A stretch of 64,000 nt of DNA from assembly GCA_963843575.1 (NCBI GenBank), contig CAWJKZ010000019.1, positions 64,001 to 128,000 of the forward strand, written 5' to 3'. Below are positions 18,381 to 26,769 of this stretch, in pieces. Each line of letters starts with the position of its first letter. Position 1 is the stretch's first letter. Source of the DNA: an uncultured Acidobacteriota bacterium (GTDB lineage: Bacteria > Acidobacteriota > UBA6911). A model generated the notes under the pieces. It was not told the origin of the DNA and did not search any database. It saw only the letters and a program-made list of their open reading frames with translations. A program made the translations under genes and the position numbers.

Positions 18381-19145
18381 GTGATCGAGGGGATCGAGGT
18401 GGTCTTTTTCGATGCGGCCGGAACCCTGTTTGACGTCCGGGGCTCGGTCGGTCACACCTACGCCGCCGTCGCGGCCCGTTACGGAGTCGAAGCAGACCCG
18501 CGCGAGGTGAACCGCGAGTTCGCCGCCGCGTTCCGGGAGCAGTCCCTCCGCGGGTTCGAGCCGTTCGCCCCCGACCTCCCCCTCGCCGAAAAGCAGTGGT
18601 GGTTCGAGGTCGTGCGCGCGGTGTTCGGGCGACGCATGAGCGCCGCGTCGCTCAAAGACTACTTCCACGAGGTGTTCGAGTATTTCCGCCGCGGCGAGGC
18701 CTGGGAGCTGTTCCCGGAAACCCGCGCGTGTCTGTCCAAGCTGCGGGACTCGGGACGCCGGCTCGGCGTCGTCTCGAATTTCGATTCCCGGCTGGTCGAC
18801 GTGCTGCGCGACCTGGGCATCGATTCCTTTTTCGACGCGGTGACCCTCTCGTGGCGTGCGGGTGCGCCCAAACCGAATCGGCGGATTTTCGAGGCGGCAC
18901 TCACCGCAATGCGGGCCGAAGCCGGGCGGGCGCTGCACGTCGGTGACTCGCCGGACGAAGACTTCGAAGGAGCGAAAAACGCCGGGATGCGGGCCATCCT
19001 GCTCGACCGCTTCGGGGAACGGGACTGCCCCGACGAATACTGCGCACGGAACCTCGACGAGGTCTACCGCATGCTCGGGCCCCCGTCGAGAACCCTCGGA
19101 TGCTCCCGGACGGCCTCCTCGTGCCGCGCTTTCTCGATCAGATAG
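18381..19145 (+). CDS. HAD-IA hydrolase (REG-2/HDHD3-like)
   Basis: FFDAAGTL, VSNFDSR, KP, HVGDSPDED; C-terminal tail overlaps the TPR remnant. Confidence 0.88.
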   Translation: MIEGIEVVFFDAAGTLFDVRGSVGHTYAAVAARYGVEADPREVNREFAAAFREQSLRGFEPFAPDLPLAEKQWWFEVVRAVFGRRMSAASLKDYFHEVFEYFRRGEAWELFPETRACLSKLRDSGRRLGVVSNFDSRLVDVLRDLGIDSFFDAVTLSWRAGAPKPNRRIFEAALTAMRAEAGRALHVGDSPDEDFEGAKNAGMRAILLDRFGERDCPDEYCARNLDEVYRMLGPPSRTLGCSRTASSCRAFSIR

Positions 19146-19400
19146 GCTCCGATGTCGTTCTACGGATTCCCGAATTCGGGGTCGATCTCGATCGCCTCGT
19201 CCAACCTGCCCTCGAAGCTGTAAATCCATCCGAGAAACGTGTGTGCCTCTGCCGTGGGGTATGTTTCTATCGAGCGCCGGTAGAGGTCCACTGCCAGGTC
19301 CAGTTCGCCTTCCATGTGACGCTCGTAGGCTTCCTGGAACAGGTCGTAGGCCAGGGCGCGGATCGTGGACTGTGGGGCTTTAGTAGGTGGGCGCGGGCGA
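19064..19400 (-). pseudogene. Decayed TPR protein
   Basis: [40 protein letters not shown]: TPR similarity continues past an in-frame TAG; no clear native start. Confidence 0.7.
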
Positions 19401-19429
19401 GTGGGCCGCGTCGGCCCGACGCGGTCCAC
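19401..19429. repeat. Palindromic repeat, GTGGGCCGCG family
   Basis: gtgggccgcgtcgg-c-ccgacgcggtccac; the first 22 nt recur exactly at 21439. Confidence 0.7.
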
Positions 19430-19556
19430 CGTTGCTCAATTTCCGCTTATTTTCGAAAAACAGGACCCAAAATCGAAAATAAGGCCCAATCTTGGCTTTG
19501 CACTAACCATAAATAATTGATTATAAATAGCTTGCCATGGTCCGTCCCCAATGGGC

Positions 19557-19625
19557 GTGAGGGCCGCCCTCCGAGAGCCCGGTCCCGACTGCCACGCGCA
19601 ATCGGGAACGGAGGGCGGCCCTCAC
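19557..19625. repeat. 17-bp inverted repeat downstream of degP (REP/terminator-like)
   Basis: gtgagggccgccctccg ... cggagggcggccctcac. Confidence 0.7.
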
Positions 19626-19632
19626 ACAATCC

Positions 19633-21132
19633 TTACGACAGGTCGAAGGCGAGAAAGAGGTTCTGCCCCTGCCGCTCCACTTTCATGAGGACTGTGCTCC
19701 CCTCTTTCAGCGAGCGGGCTAGGGCCTGAAGATCCGCGGCGCGGTTCACGGGATTGTGGTTGATTTCCCGGATCACGTCGCCGGCCCGGACTCCCCCCTC
19801 GTCGGCCGGGCTGCCGGGCTTGACTTCGGTCACCAGGGCGCCCTTGCTGGACGACAGGTTCAGTTCACGCGCCGCATCCGAGGTTACGTTTTCGACCGTG
19901 ACGCCGAGCCGCCCGTGCCCCTCCGGTTGAGTCGACTTGAACTCCTCGGCCACGTCGCTCGGCCTTTCCCCGACAGTCACCGACAGCGCCGTCTCATGCC
20001 CGTCCCGCCACACCACGAGCCGCGACGGGGATCCGACCTTGGTTCCGGCAACAGCCAGCGACAGGTCGCGGGCGGTCTCGATCGCTTTGCCGGCATACTC
20101 CACGATGACATCCCCCGACTTGAGGCCGGCCTTGGCCGCCGGGCTGTCGGCATCCACGTCCGAAATCAGCACCCCTTTGCGGCCCCCGACGTTGAAGCCT
20201 TTGGCGATCTGCGGCGTCAGGTCCTGGATGTGAACGCCCAGCCAGCCGCGCGTCACTTTGCCCGACTTGACGATCTGGCCGTAGACGTCGGCGGCCATGA
20301 CCGACGGGATCGCAAACCCGACTCCCTGGAACCCGCCGCTTTGCGACGCGATCATCGTGTTGATCCCGACCACCTCCCCCTTCAGGTTAACCAGTGGCCC
20401 GCCGCTGTTCCCGGGATTGATGGCCGCATCGGTCTGAATGAAGTTGTCATATGGACCCGCACCGATCACGCGCCCCTTCGCGCTGATGATGCCGGCCGTC
20501 ATCGTCTTCTCCAGGCCGAACGGGCTGCCGAACGCGAGCACCCAGTCGCCCACCTGTATCTGGTCCGACTTCGCCAGGGGAAGCACCGGCAGGTTTGCGG
20601 CCTTCACCTTCAGGATAGCCAGGTCTGTCTGGGCGTCGGTCCCCACGACCGTCGCGTCCATCTCACGGCCGTCCTCGAGCTTCACGCTGATCTTCGAAGC
20701 GTTTTCCACGACGTGGTTGTTCGTCAGGATGTAGCCGTCGGGCGCCACGATCAGACCGGAGCCGAGACTGCGCTGGCGGTAGTCCCGCGGCTTCTGATTG
20801 AAGAACGATCCCAACGGGCTCTCGTCTCCGAAAAACTCGCGAAATGGGTCGGCTGCCACCGCGTTGCTGTGGATAACCTGCTCCGTGTTGATGTTTACGA
20901 CAGCAGGACCGACCTGCTTCGCCACCGTTTCGAACGTCTTGCTCAAATCATTGACGGCGGGGGGGATTCCCGAATTTCCCGTGGCCGCCCCGGTGCTGGT
21001 CCCCAGCGCAGCTCGGAATCCCAATGCGCCGCCAAAGATCAGAATCAGCATCGCCAGGCCCGCCGCGAACCCTTGGCGAAAGCCCGGGCGTGTTGCCATT
21101 GTGTTTAGCGATCTTGACCCGATCATCTTCAC
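19633..21132 (-). CDS. degP: Do/DegQ family serine endoprotease with two PDZ domains
   Basis: LTNNHVV, TDLA, QTDAAINPGNSGGPL catalytic triad motifs; two PDZ domains; N-terminal anchor. Confidence 0.93.
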   Translation of the reverse strand: MKMIGSRSLNTMATRPGFRQGFAAGLAMLILIFGGALGFRAALGTSTGAATGNSGIPPAVNDLSKTFETVAKQVGPAVVNINTEQVIHSNAVAADPFREFFGDESPLGSFFNQKPRDYRQRSLGSGLIVAPDGYILTNNHVVENASKISVKLEDGREMDATVVGTDAQTDLAILKVKAANLPVLPLAKSDQIQVGDWVLAFGSPFGLEKTMTAGIISAKGRVIGAGPYDNFIQTDAAINPGNSGGPLVNLKGEVVGINTMIASQSGGFQGVGFAIPSVMAADVYGQIVKSGKVTRGWLGVHIQDLTPQIAKGFNVGGRKGVLISDVDADSPAAKAGLKSGDVIVEYAGKAIETARDLSLAVAGTKVGSPSRLVVWRDGHETALSVTVGERPSDVAEEFKSTQPEGHGRLGVTVENVTSDAARELNLSSSKGALVTEVKPGSPADEGGVRAGDVIREINHNPVNRAADLQALARSLKEGSTVLMKVERQGQNLFLAFDLS

Positions 21133-21182
21133 CTGACCCTCCTTGTCGAATCCGGTTCAGCCGGACTTCTGCTGCTCTGTTT

Positions 21183-21197
21183 GCACGCGGCGTGCCA
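21183..21197 (-). promoter_or_regulatory. Sigma54 (-24/-12) promoter of degP
   Basis: Minus strand TGGCACGCCGCGTGC, GG-N10-GC spacing, about 50 nt upstream of degP and adjacent to a sigma54 activator gene. Confidence 0.8.
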
Positions 21198-21348
21198 GTT
21201 GCCGAATCAGTTGCCTCGATACCGGCAAACGATTGCTATTTAAATAGTTGGTGGCGCCTTTCCGGCTGGGCCCGCGGGGAGCGGCTGCTGGGGCGATGTT
21301 GAGGAAAGGGGGGAGGTAAATGCTTGGAATACCCTGGATTATCCTGGT

Positions 21349-21384
21349 TGTGGCGGAATTGCCGGCTCCGGCAATTCCGCCACA
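21349..21384. promoter_or_regulatory. Perfect 17-bp inverted repeat, candidate enhancer (UAS) for the NtrC-type activator
   Basis: tgtggcggaattgccgg-ct-ccggcaattccgccaca, about 150-190 bp upstream of the sigma54 site. Confidence 0.55.
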
Positions 21385-21517
21385 CGACGATCCTCAGCCC
21401 GTACGCCGACGGACGCCGAGGAAGCGCCGACCGCTAAAGTGGGCCGCGTCGGCCCGACGCAGCCCGAGACGTAGACGCACGTCTGGATGCGGGAACCGTC
21501 GACGCCCGCGAGAGAAG

Positions 21518-22882
21518 CTATTTCCCCTCCTCCCCCTTTCCCATGGCCTCCTGCCTCCGGTAGAGGGTGCGGCGGTCGATGGCGAGGATTTCGGCTGCTT
21601 TGGACATGTTTCCGCCGACGGCTTCAAGCACTTCCCGGATGTACTGCTCCTCGACTTCCTCGAGGGTGGGCCACCTGCCATCGAGGCTCCTGCCTGGCAG
21701 CCGCGGCGCGGCCTGCACCTCCCCGGGCAAATCCTCGACTGCAAAAACGCCGGAAGTGTTCAGGGCGACGGCCCTTTCGACCACGTTTTCGAGCTGCCGC
21801 ACGTTGCCAGGCCAACTGAAGCTCTCGAGTGCGCTCAGCACTTCCGGGTGCACCGCCAGAGTTCTTCCGGCCTTCTGGGCGTACTTCCGGAGGAAGTGGT
21901 CGAACAGCAGCGGCAGATCCGAGCGTCGCGCACGCAGCGGGGGAAGTTCGATGGTGACGACCTTGAGCCTGTAGTAGAGGTCTTCCCTGAACTTCCCCTG
22001 GGACACGAGGGATGTCAGGTCGCGGTGGGTTGCGGCGATGACTCTGACGTCCACACTGCTCGGGACCGTGCTGCCTACGGCCATCACCTCGCCCGACTCG
22101 AGCACGCGCAGCAGCTTGGACTGCAGGGCGGGCGAGGTGTCGCCGATTTCGTCCAGGAAAACCGTGCCGCGGTCCGCTGCCGCGAAGATGCCGCGTTTGG
22201 CGGTGGTGGCCCCGGTGAAGGCGCCCCGCACGTAACCGAACAGTTCGCTCTCGAGCAGGGTCTCCGCCACGGCGCCGCAATTGACGGCCACGAATGGCCG
22301 GTCGCGCCGGGCGCCCAATTCGTGTATGGAGCGGGCGACGAGCTCTTTGCCCGTGCCGCTCTCGCCCTGCACCAGCACGGTTGCGTCCGAGGAGGCGACC
22401 TTGGCGATGGTCTTGTACACCTCCACCATCGCCGGGCTTGAGCCGATAATCACGCCGCGCACATCCTGGTTTTGGACCTGCCGGCGCAGGTCGCGGTTCT
22501 CGCGCAGGAGCTTGGCCTGCTCCATGGACTGGCGCACCTTCAGGCGCATCTGGTCGAGACGGAAGGGCTTCGAGATGTAGTCGTGGGCGCCTGCGGAGAT
22601 GGCATCGACGACCGTGTCCATGGAAGCGAAACCCGTCATGACGATGACGACCGTCTCCGGCCGCGAAGCCTTGATCGTCCGGACGACCTTCAGTCCGTCG
22701 ACCCCTATCATCCGCAGATCGGTGAGGACGACGTCGTACGCCTGCTGTTCGGCTAGCTGCAGAGCCTGTTCGCCCGAATGGGCGAGGGTGACGTCGTGCC
22801 CCTCACGCGTCATGGCCTCTCCGATCGAGGAGAGCGAGTCGGGATCGTCGTCGACGATCAGGATTTTCCCCTGCACTTTCAC
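21518..22882 (-). CDS. Sigma54-dependent response regulator (NtrC/ZraR family)
   Basis: Receiver domain, GESGTGKE, GAFTGA, FLDEI, WPGNVRQLEN, Fis-type HTH. Confidence 0.95.
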   Translation of the reverse strand: MKVQGKILIVDDDPDSLSSIGEAMTREGHDVTLAHSGEQALQLAEQQAYDVVLTDLRMIGVDGLKVVRTIKASRPETVVIVMTGFASMDTVVDAISAGAHDYISKPFRLDQMRLKVRQSMEQAKLLRENRDLRRQVQNQDVRGVIIGSSPAMVEVYKTIAKVASSDATVLVQGESGTGKELVARSIHELGARRDRPFVAVNCGAVAETLLESELFGYVRGAFTGATTAKRGIFAAADRGTVFLDEIGDTSPALQSKLLRVLESGEVMAVGSTVPSSVDVRVIAATHRDLTSLVSQGKFREDLYYRLKVVTIELPPLRARRSDLPLLFDHFLRKYAQKAGRTLAVHPEVLSALESFSWPGNVRQLENVVERAVALNTSGVFAVEDLPGEVQAAPRLPGRSLDGRWPTLEEVEEQYIREVLEAVGGNMSKAAEILAIDRRTLYRRQEAMGKGEEGK

Positions 22883-24519
22883 CGCGCCTCCTTCCCGATT
22901 GCCGCCTCGGGCTGCGCGTCCGGGGCGTGTTCGGGGACAGGGAGCCGGATCGTCAGGGTGGTCCCCTGTCCCTGGGAGCTTTGGACCTCGATCCGCCCGT
23001 GGTGCTGGCGGATGATTTTAGCCGCGATGGTGAGGCCGAGCCCCGTGCCGCGCCGCAGGTCTTTCGTGCTGAAAAACGGCTCGAAAATCCGGGCCTGCTT
23101 CTCCGAGGGGATGCCAATGCCGTTGTCGGAGATCGATACCACCACCTCCCGCCCGGAGTCCGCGTCGTGCTCGAGCCTCGTCCTGACGACGATCTTTCCA
23201 CCGTCCGGCATCGCGTCGCCGGCGTTGTTCAGCACGTTGAGAAACACCTGCTGCAACTGCTGGGCGTTTGCCTCGACCGGAACGAGGCCGGCGCCGAAAT
23301 CGGTTTCGAGCGCGACGCCGCGGCGCGCGAGGTGATGCTCGAGAAACAGGAGCAGCTGCCGGAGCAGGTCGTTGACCTGGACGGGCCCCCGCGCCTGCCC
23401 CGGGGCCCGGGTCTCCGCAAGGAGTTCTTCCACGTACCACGTGATGCGCGAGAGTTGCTGCTGCACCAGGTCGATCCGGCGCGCCATATCCGTGGTGACG
23501 CCCGGGGACTCGGCCAGCAGCTGCAGGTGGGTCGACATCGCGCTGAGCGGGGAACCGATTTCGTGGGCGAAGGTCGCCGCCATGTACCCCGCCACCGCCG
23601 TTCGTTCGGCCTGGGTCAGGCGGCGCTGGGTTTCCACCAGGTCCTCGTTCAGCCGGGTGAGCCGATCGTTTGCCGCCGACAGGTCCGTCGTCGCCTCCCG
23701 CACCCGCTGCCGCAGTTCGAGGTTGAAGTTCTCCTGCTCGTGCAGAAGGCGCGCGCGGTCTGCCGACGTGCGCTCGATTTCGGCCATCATGTCGTTGAAG
23801 CCCTGGGCGACGGTCCCGATCTCGTCGCTGGAGTCTACCTCGATCCGGTGCTGCAGTTCTCCGGCCCGAGCCCTGACCATCGCCGCGACGACGCGGTCGA
23901 TGCGCCGGGTCACTTCCCGCGTGAACATCAGGTGCAGCATTACGATGAGCACGGCGACCGCGGCGGGGATGAGGAAGAGCGCAATCTTGTAGTGTACCTC
24001 GCGCAGCAGATCCGATTGCCGCAGCGTGCTCAACAGGCTGACGCACCCCCGGACCTGCTGCGGGGAGCCCTGCGCGATCGGGACGATCGCCTTCAGCAGC
24101 CGCTCTCCCTCCTGATACTGGCGCAGCACCAACGGCTGTCCCTGCCGCGCGGCCGTGAGCTCGTCGACATGGATGGGCTGGGCCGAGGACGTCGAGGTGG
24201 TTACGACCCGCTGCAGTTCGTCGCCCGAGAACCGGAACACATCGATCCGGATGACGAAAAAATTGGCTTCGACCAGTTCTCCGACGAACTTGCGCGCGTT
24301 CTCGGCGTGGTCGAGCATCCCGTCGCGGGCGAGGTCGTCCGCCAGCTGGGTTGCCAGCCGCACCGAGCCCGCCTCGACCTGGCTGTCCAGCAGGCTGCCG
24401 GCCACCCGGTCGTCGAAGTAACCCAGCAGCGAGATCGCCAGAATCGTCGTCGGGATGGTGATGAGGAAAAGCCGGAACGACAGCGACCGCGACTGCAGGA
24501 ATGGCCCTAGCCGTATCAT
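22879..24519 (-). CDS. HAMP-containing sensor histidine kinase
   Basis: Two TM helices, HAMP, AHEIGSPL H-box, NAGDA, DNGIG, FEPFFSTK, GTGLGL. Confidence 0.94.
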   Translation of the reverse strand: MIRLGPFLQSRSLSFRLFLITIPTTILAISLLGYFDDRVAGSLLDSQVEAGSVRLATQLADDLARDGMLDHAENARKFVGELVEANFFVIRIDVFRFSGDELQRVVTTSTSSAQPIHVDELTAARQGQPLVLRQYQEGERLLKAIVPIAQGSPQQVRGCVSLLSTLRQSDLLREVHYKIALFLIPAAVAVLIVMLHLMFTREVTRRIDRVVAAMVRARAGELQHRIEVDSSDEIGTVAQGFNDMMAEIERTSADRARLLHEQENFNLELRQRVREATTDLSAANDRLTRLNEDLVETQRRLTQAERTAVAGYMAATFAHEIGSPLSAMSTHLQLLAESPGVTTDMARRIDLVQQQLSRITWYVEELLAETRAPGQARGPVQVNDLLRQLLLFLEHHLARRGVALETDFGAGLVPVEANAQQLQQVFLNVLNNAGDAMPDGGKIVVRTRLEHDADSGREVVVSISDNGIGIPSEKQARIFEPFFSTKDLRRGTGLGLTIAAKIIRQHHGRIEVQSSQGQGTTLTIRLPVPEHAPDAQPEAAIGKEAR

Positions 24520-24605
24520 GCGACCTCCTCCCGGCGCGCGCGTCGCCCGTCCCGGAGATTCACAGCGACCTCGGACCAGCTTCGGTTCCGCACGAGGACG
24601 CCCGA

Positions 24606-26441
24606 TCAGCGCCTCACGTCCAGCGTCACCTGCACGGTCAGGGGTTGGCCGTCGCGCAGCACCACGACCTCGACGGCGTCGCCGGGCTTGTGGGTGCGCA
24701 GGACGTAGCTGAAATCCTCCAACGAGGCGACGTCCTTTCCCGCAAACCTGACCAGGACGTCTCCACCGCGCAACCCGGCCTTGGCCGCTGGGCTGTTCGG
24801 ACGCACGTCCGAAAACCTCACCCCCTTGACCTCGGCGGTCATGTCCGGGATCGAACCGAAGTATGCGCCATAGCCGGACCCGCCGCCCCTGCCGGAGCTC
24901 CCCGTGGTCAGAGGCTCGTTGACCCTGGTGAACTGCGGTCGAGCATCCAGCGCATTCAGGCGGCGCGCGACGGTATACACCATGCCGAGTATCCTGGTTG
25001 CCCCAACGGTGTTGATCTGCTCCCAGTCGTCCGACGGGCGGTGGTAGTCCGCGTGCAGCCCGGAGAAGAAGAAAAGCACCGGAATGTTCTTGGTGTAGAA
25101 AGTGGTGTGATCGCTGGAGCCGTAACCGCTCTGCGACCCCTTTACTTCGAGGCCGTTCTCAGCCCCAGCGCTCTTGACGAGTTCGGCAAACACCGGGGAC
25201 GTGCCGATGCCCCCAAGGATCACCTGGTCGTTACGGCTGCGGCCGATCATGTCCATGTTGAGCATCGCGACGACCTGGGAAAGGTCGCGTCCGGGGTGCG
25301 CCGCCCAGTATCCCGAGCCGCGCAAGCCCAGTTCCTCACCGGCGAACGCGATGAACACGTAACCGCGGCGGCGCGGAGACGGGTCGCGCGCCAGGGCCGC
25401 CGCAAGCTCGATCAGCCCTGCGGTGCCGCTCGCGTTGTCGTCCGCGCCATTGTGGATCTGGCCAATGAGCGACGGGGACAGCGAACTGCGCCCCCCGCGG
25501 CCCAGATGGTCGTAGTGCGCCCCCACGATGATCGTCTCCGCCCCGACCACTGGGTCGGTCCCGGGGAGGAAGCCGACCACGTTGCGCACCTCTTTGCGCA
25601 CCGGTGCCATATCCATCTCGATGCGGGCCTGTACGCCGGTCAGCACGAAGCTCTGGGGCACCAGGGTCGCATCGATCTGCTTCTGCAGCTCCGCGAGGTT
25701 CCTCCCCTGCGCGTCGAGCAGCCGTTGCGCGACGGCCCGGGAAATCCGGAAGCTGCCGATGCCGAGCTCGTCGATCTGGGCCTCCACTCCCAGCGCCGGC
25801 ACGTCTCTGGAATCGTCCGGGTGGTTTACCGGGTCCTGCACGATGAGGATCGCGCGCGCGTTGCGGTACTTGGCGTTCTGCGCCTTGGTGTTGTCTTCCC
25901 CGTGCAGCGTCGGTTCGGCGCCGTTGAACGGGCTGGCCGGGTCGTTTTCCCGCGGTTCGTGCGCCATCACCAGGACGATCTTGTCGGTGACGTCCAGGTC
26001 CTTGTAGTCGTCGTACCTGTTTTCCTCCGAAGATATGCCGTAGCCCGCGAAGACCACCTCGCCATCGAGGCTGGTCTTTTCCCCTGCGCCGAACGGGATG
26101 AAATCCTTTCCAAGCGCGGCTGTTATAGTGTTGCCGCCCACCGCGAACGTCAGGGTGTTGCCGGGGCCGAGCCGGCTGCCGGTGGCGATCATGAAACGCT
26201 GGAAAAAAGTGCCGCCGTCACCGGCCGGCTGCACCCCGGCCGAGGCGAACTGCCGCGCGATGTAGTCCGCCGCCTTGTCGAGCTCCGGGGTGCCGTTGGC
26301 GCGGCCCTGGAGGTCGTCGCTCGCCAGGTACCGGATGTGGCGCAGATAGGCATCGGGCGTGAACGGGCCGGAGGCCGCGAACGAAAATGCGGCGCCCAGC
26401 AGGCAAGCGGTCAGAACAGAACATTTCTTGAAGACCGGCAT
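24606..26441 (-). CDS. Secreted M28 peptidase with PA and PDZ domains
   Basis: Signal peptide, FAGYG PA domain, GAHYDH, GADDNASG, GEELG, NMDMIG, SDH, DYH, C-terminal PDZ. Confidence 0.92.
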   Translation of the reverse strand: MPVFKKCSVLTACLLGAAFSFAASGPFTPDAYLRHIRYLASDDLQGRANGTPELDKAADYIARQFASAGVQPAGDGGTFFQRFMIATGSRLGPGNTLTFAVGGNTITAALGKDFIPFGAGEKTSLDGEVVFAGYGISSEENRYDDYKDLDVTDKIVLVMAHEPRENDPASPFNGAEPTLHGEDNTKAQNAKYRNARAILIVQDPVNHPDDSRDVPALGVEAQIDELGIGSFRISRAVAQRLLDAQGRNLAELQKQIDATLVPQSFVLTGVQARIEMDMAPVRKEVRNVVGFLPGTDPVVGAETIIVGAHYDHLGRGGRSSLSPSLIGQIHNGADDNASGTAGLIELAAALARDPSPRRRGYVFIAFAGEELGLRGSGYWAAHPGRDLSQVVAMLNMDMIGRSRNDQVILGGIGTSPVFAELVKSAGAENGLEVKGSQSGYGSSDHTTFYTKNIPVLFFFSGLHADYHRPSDDWEQINTVGATRILGMVYTVARRLNALDARPQFTRVNEPLTTGSSGRGGGSGYGAYFGSIPDMTAEVKGVRFSDVRPNSPAAKAGLRGGDVLVRFAGKDVASLEDFSYVLRTHKPGDAVEVVVLRDGQPLTVQVTLDVRR

Positions 26442-26540
26442 CGGGCATTCCCCTTCGGACGAGTAAGCCAGAAAGGTAGCACAACCGCCGCCTCAACCGG
26501 AACTGCCGTCCCCCGTTTATCATGGCTGCTTAGAAAGAGA

Positions 26541-26575
26541 GTGAGTCCGGGCCTCAGAGGCTGTCCAACGGTTGA
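26541..26575. mobile_element. Half REP followed by a solo left TIR of the MITE-like element
   Basis: gtgagtccgggcctca then gaggctgtccaacggttga, identical to 12726-12744. Confidence 0.6.
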
Positions 26576-26600
26576 TCTGCCCGATCCAAACAAGATACAC

Positions 26601-26704
26601 GTGGGTCCGGGCTTCAGCCCGGACGCTTTTTGCGGTCGCTAAAACGTGCGCCCGTTGCCACATAGATCAGATCAAAAGACGTCCGGGCTTCAGCCCGGAC
26701 CCAC
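26601..26704. repeat. REPIN-like unit, GTGGGTCCGGGCTTCAGCCCGGAC family (copy 1)
   Basis: Two inverted palindromes around a conserved 56-nt spacer; copies at 46711-46813 and 56220-56310. Confidence 0.85.
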
Positions 26705-26769
26705 GTGCATCTGCATTGCGGCTCGGGAGCCTTGCGCCCCCGGCCTGAGATGAGGCACACTGGCCGCCG

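Noticed and set aside
19160-19162. Amber readthrough (pyrrolysine or recoding) in the TPR gene
   Set aside because: Accompanying deletions and the lost start point to decay, TAG serves as a normal stop in other genes here, and no pyl genes are in view.
26601-26704. Repeat-spacer-repeat resembling a mini CRISPR array
   Set aside because: Only two inverted units, the spacer is conserved between loci, and there are no cas genes. It fits REP/REPIN.
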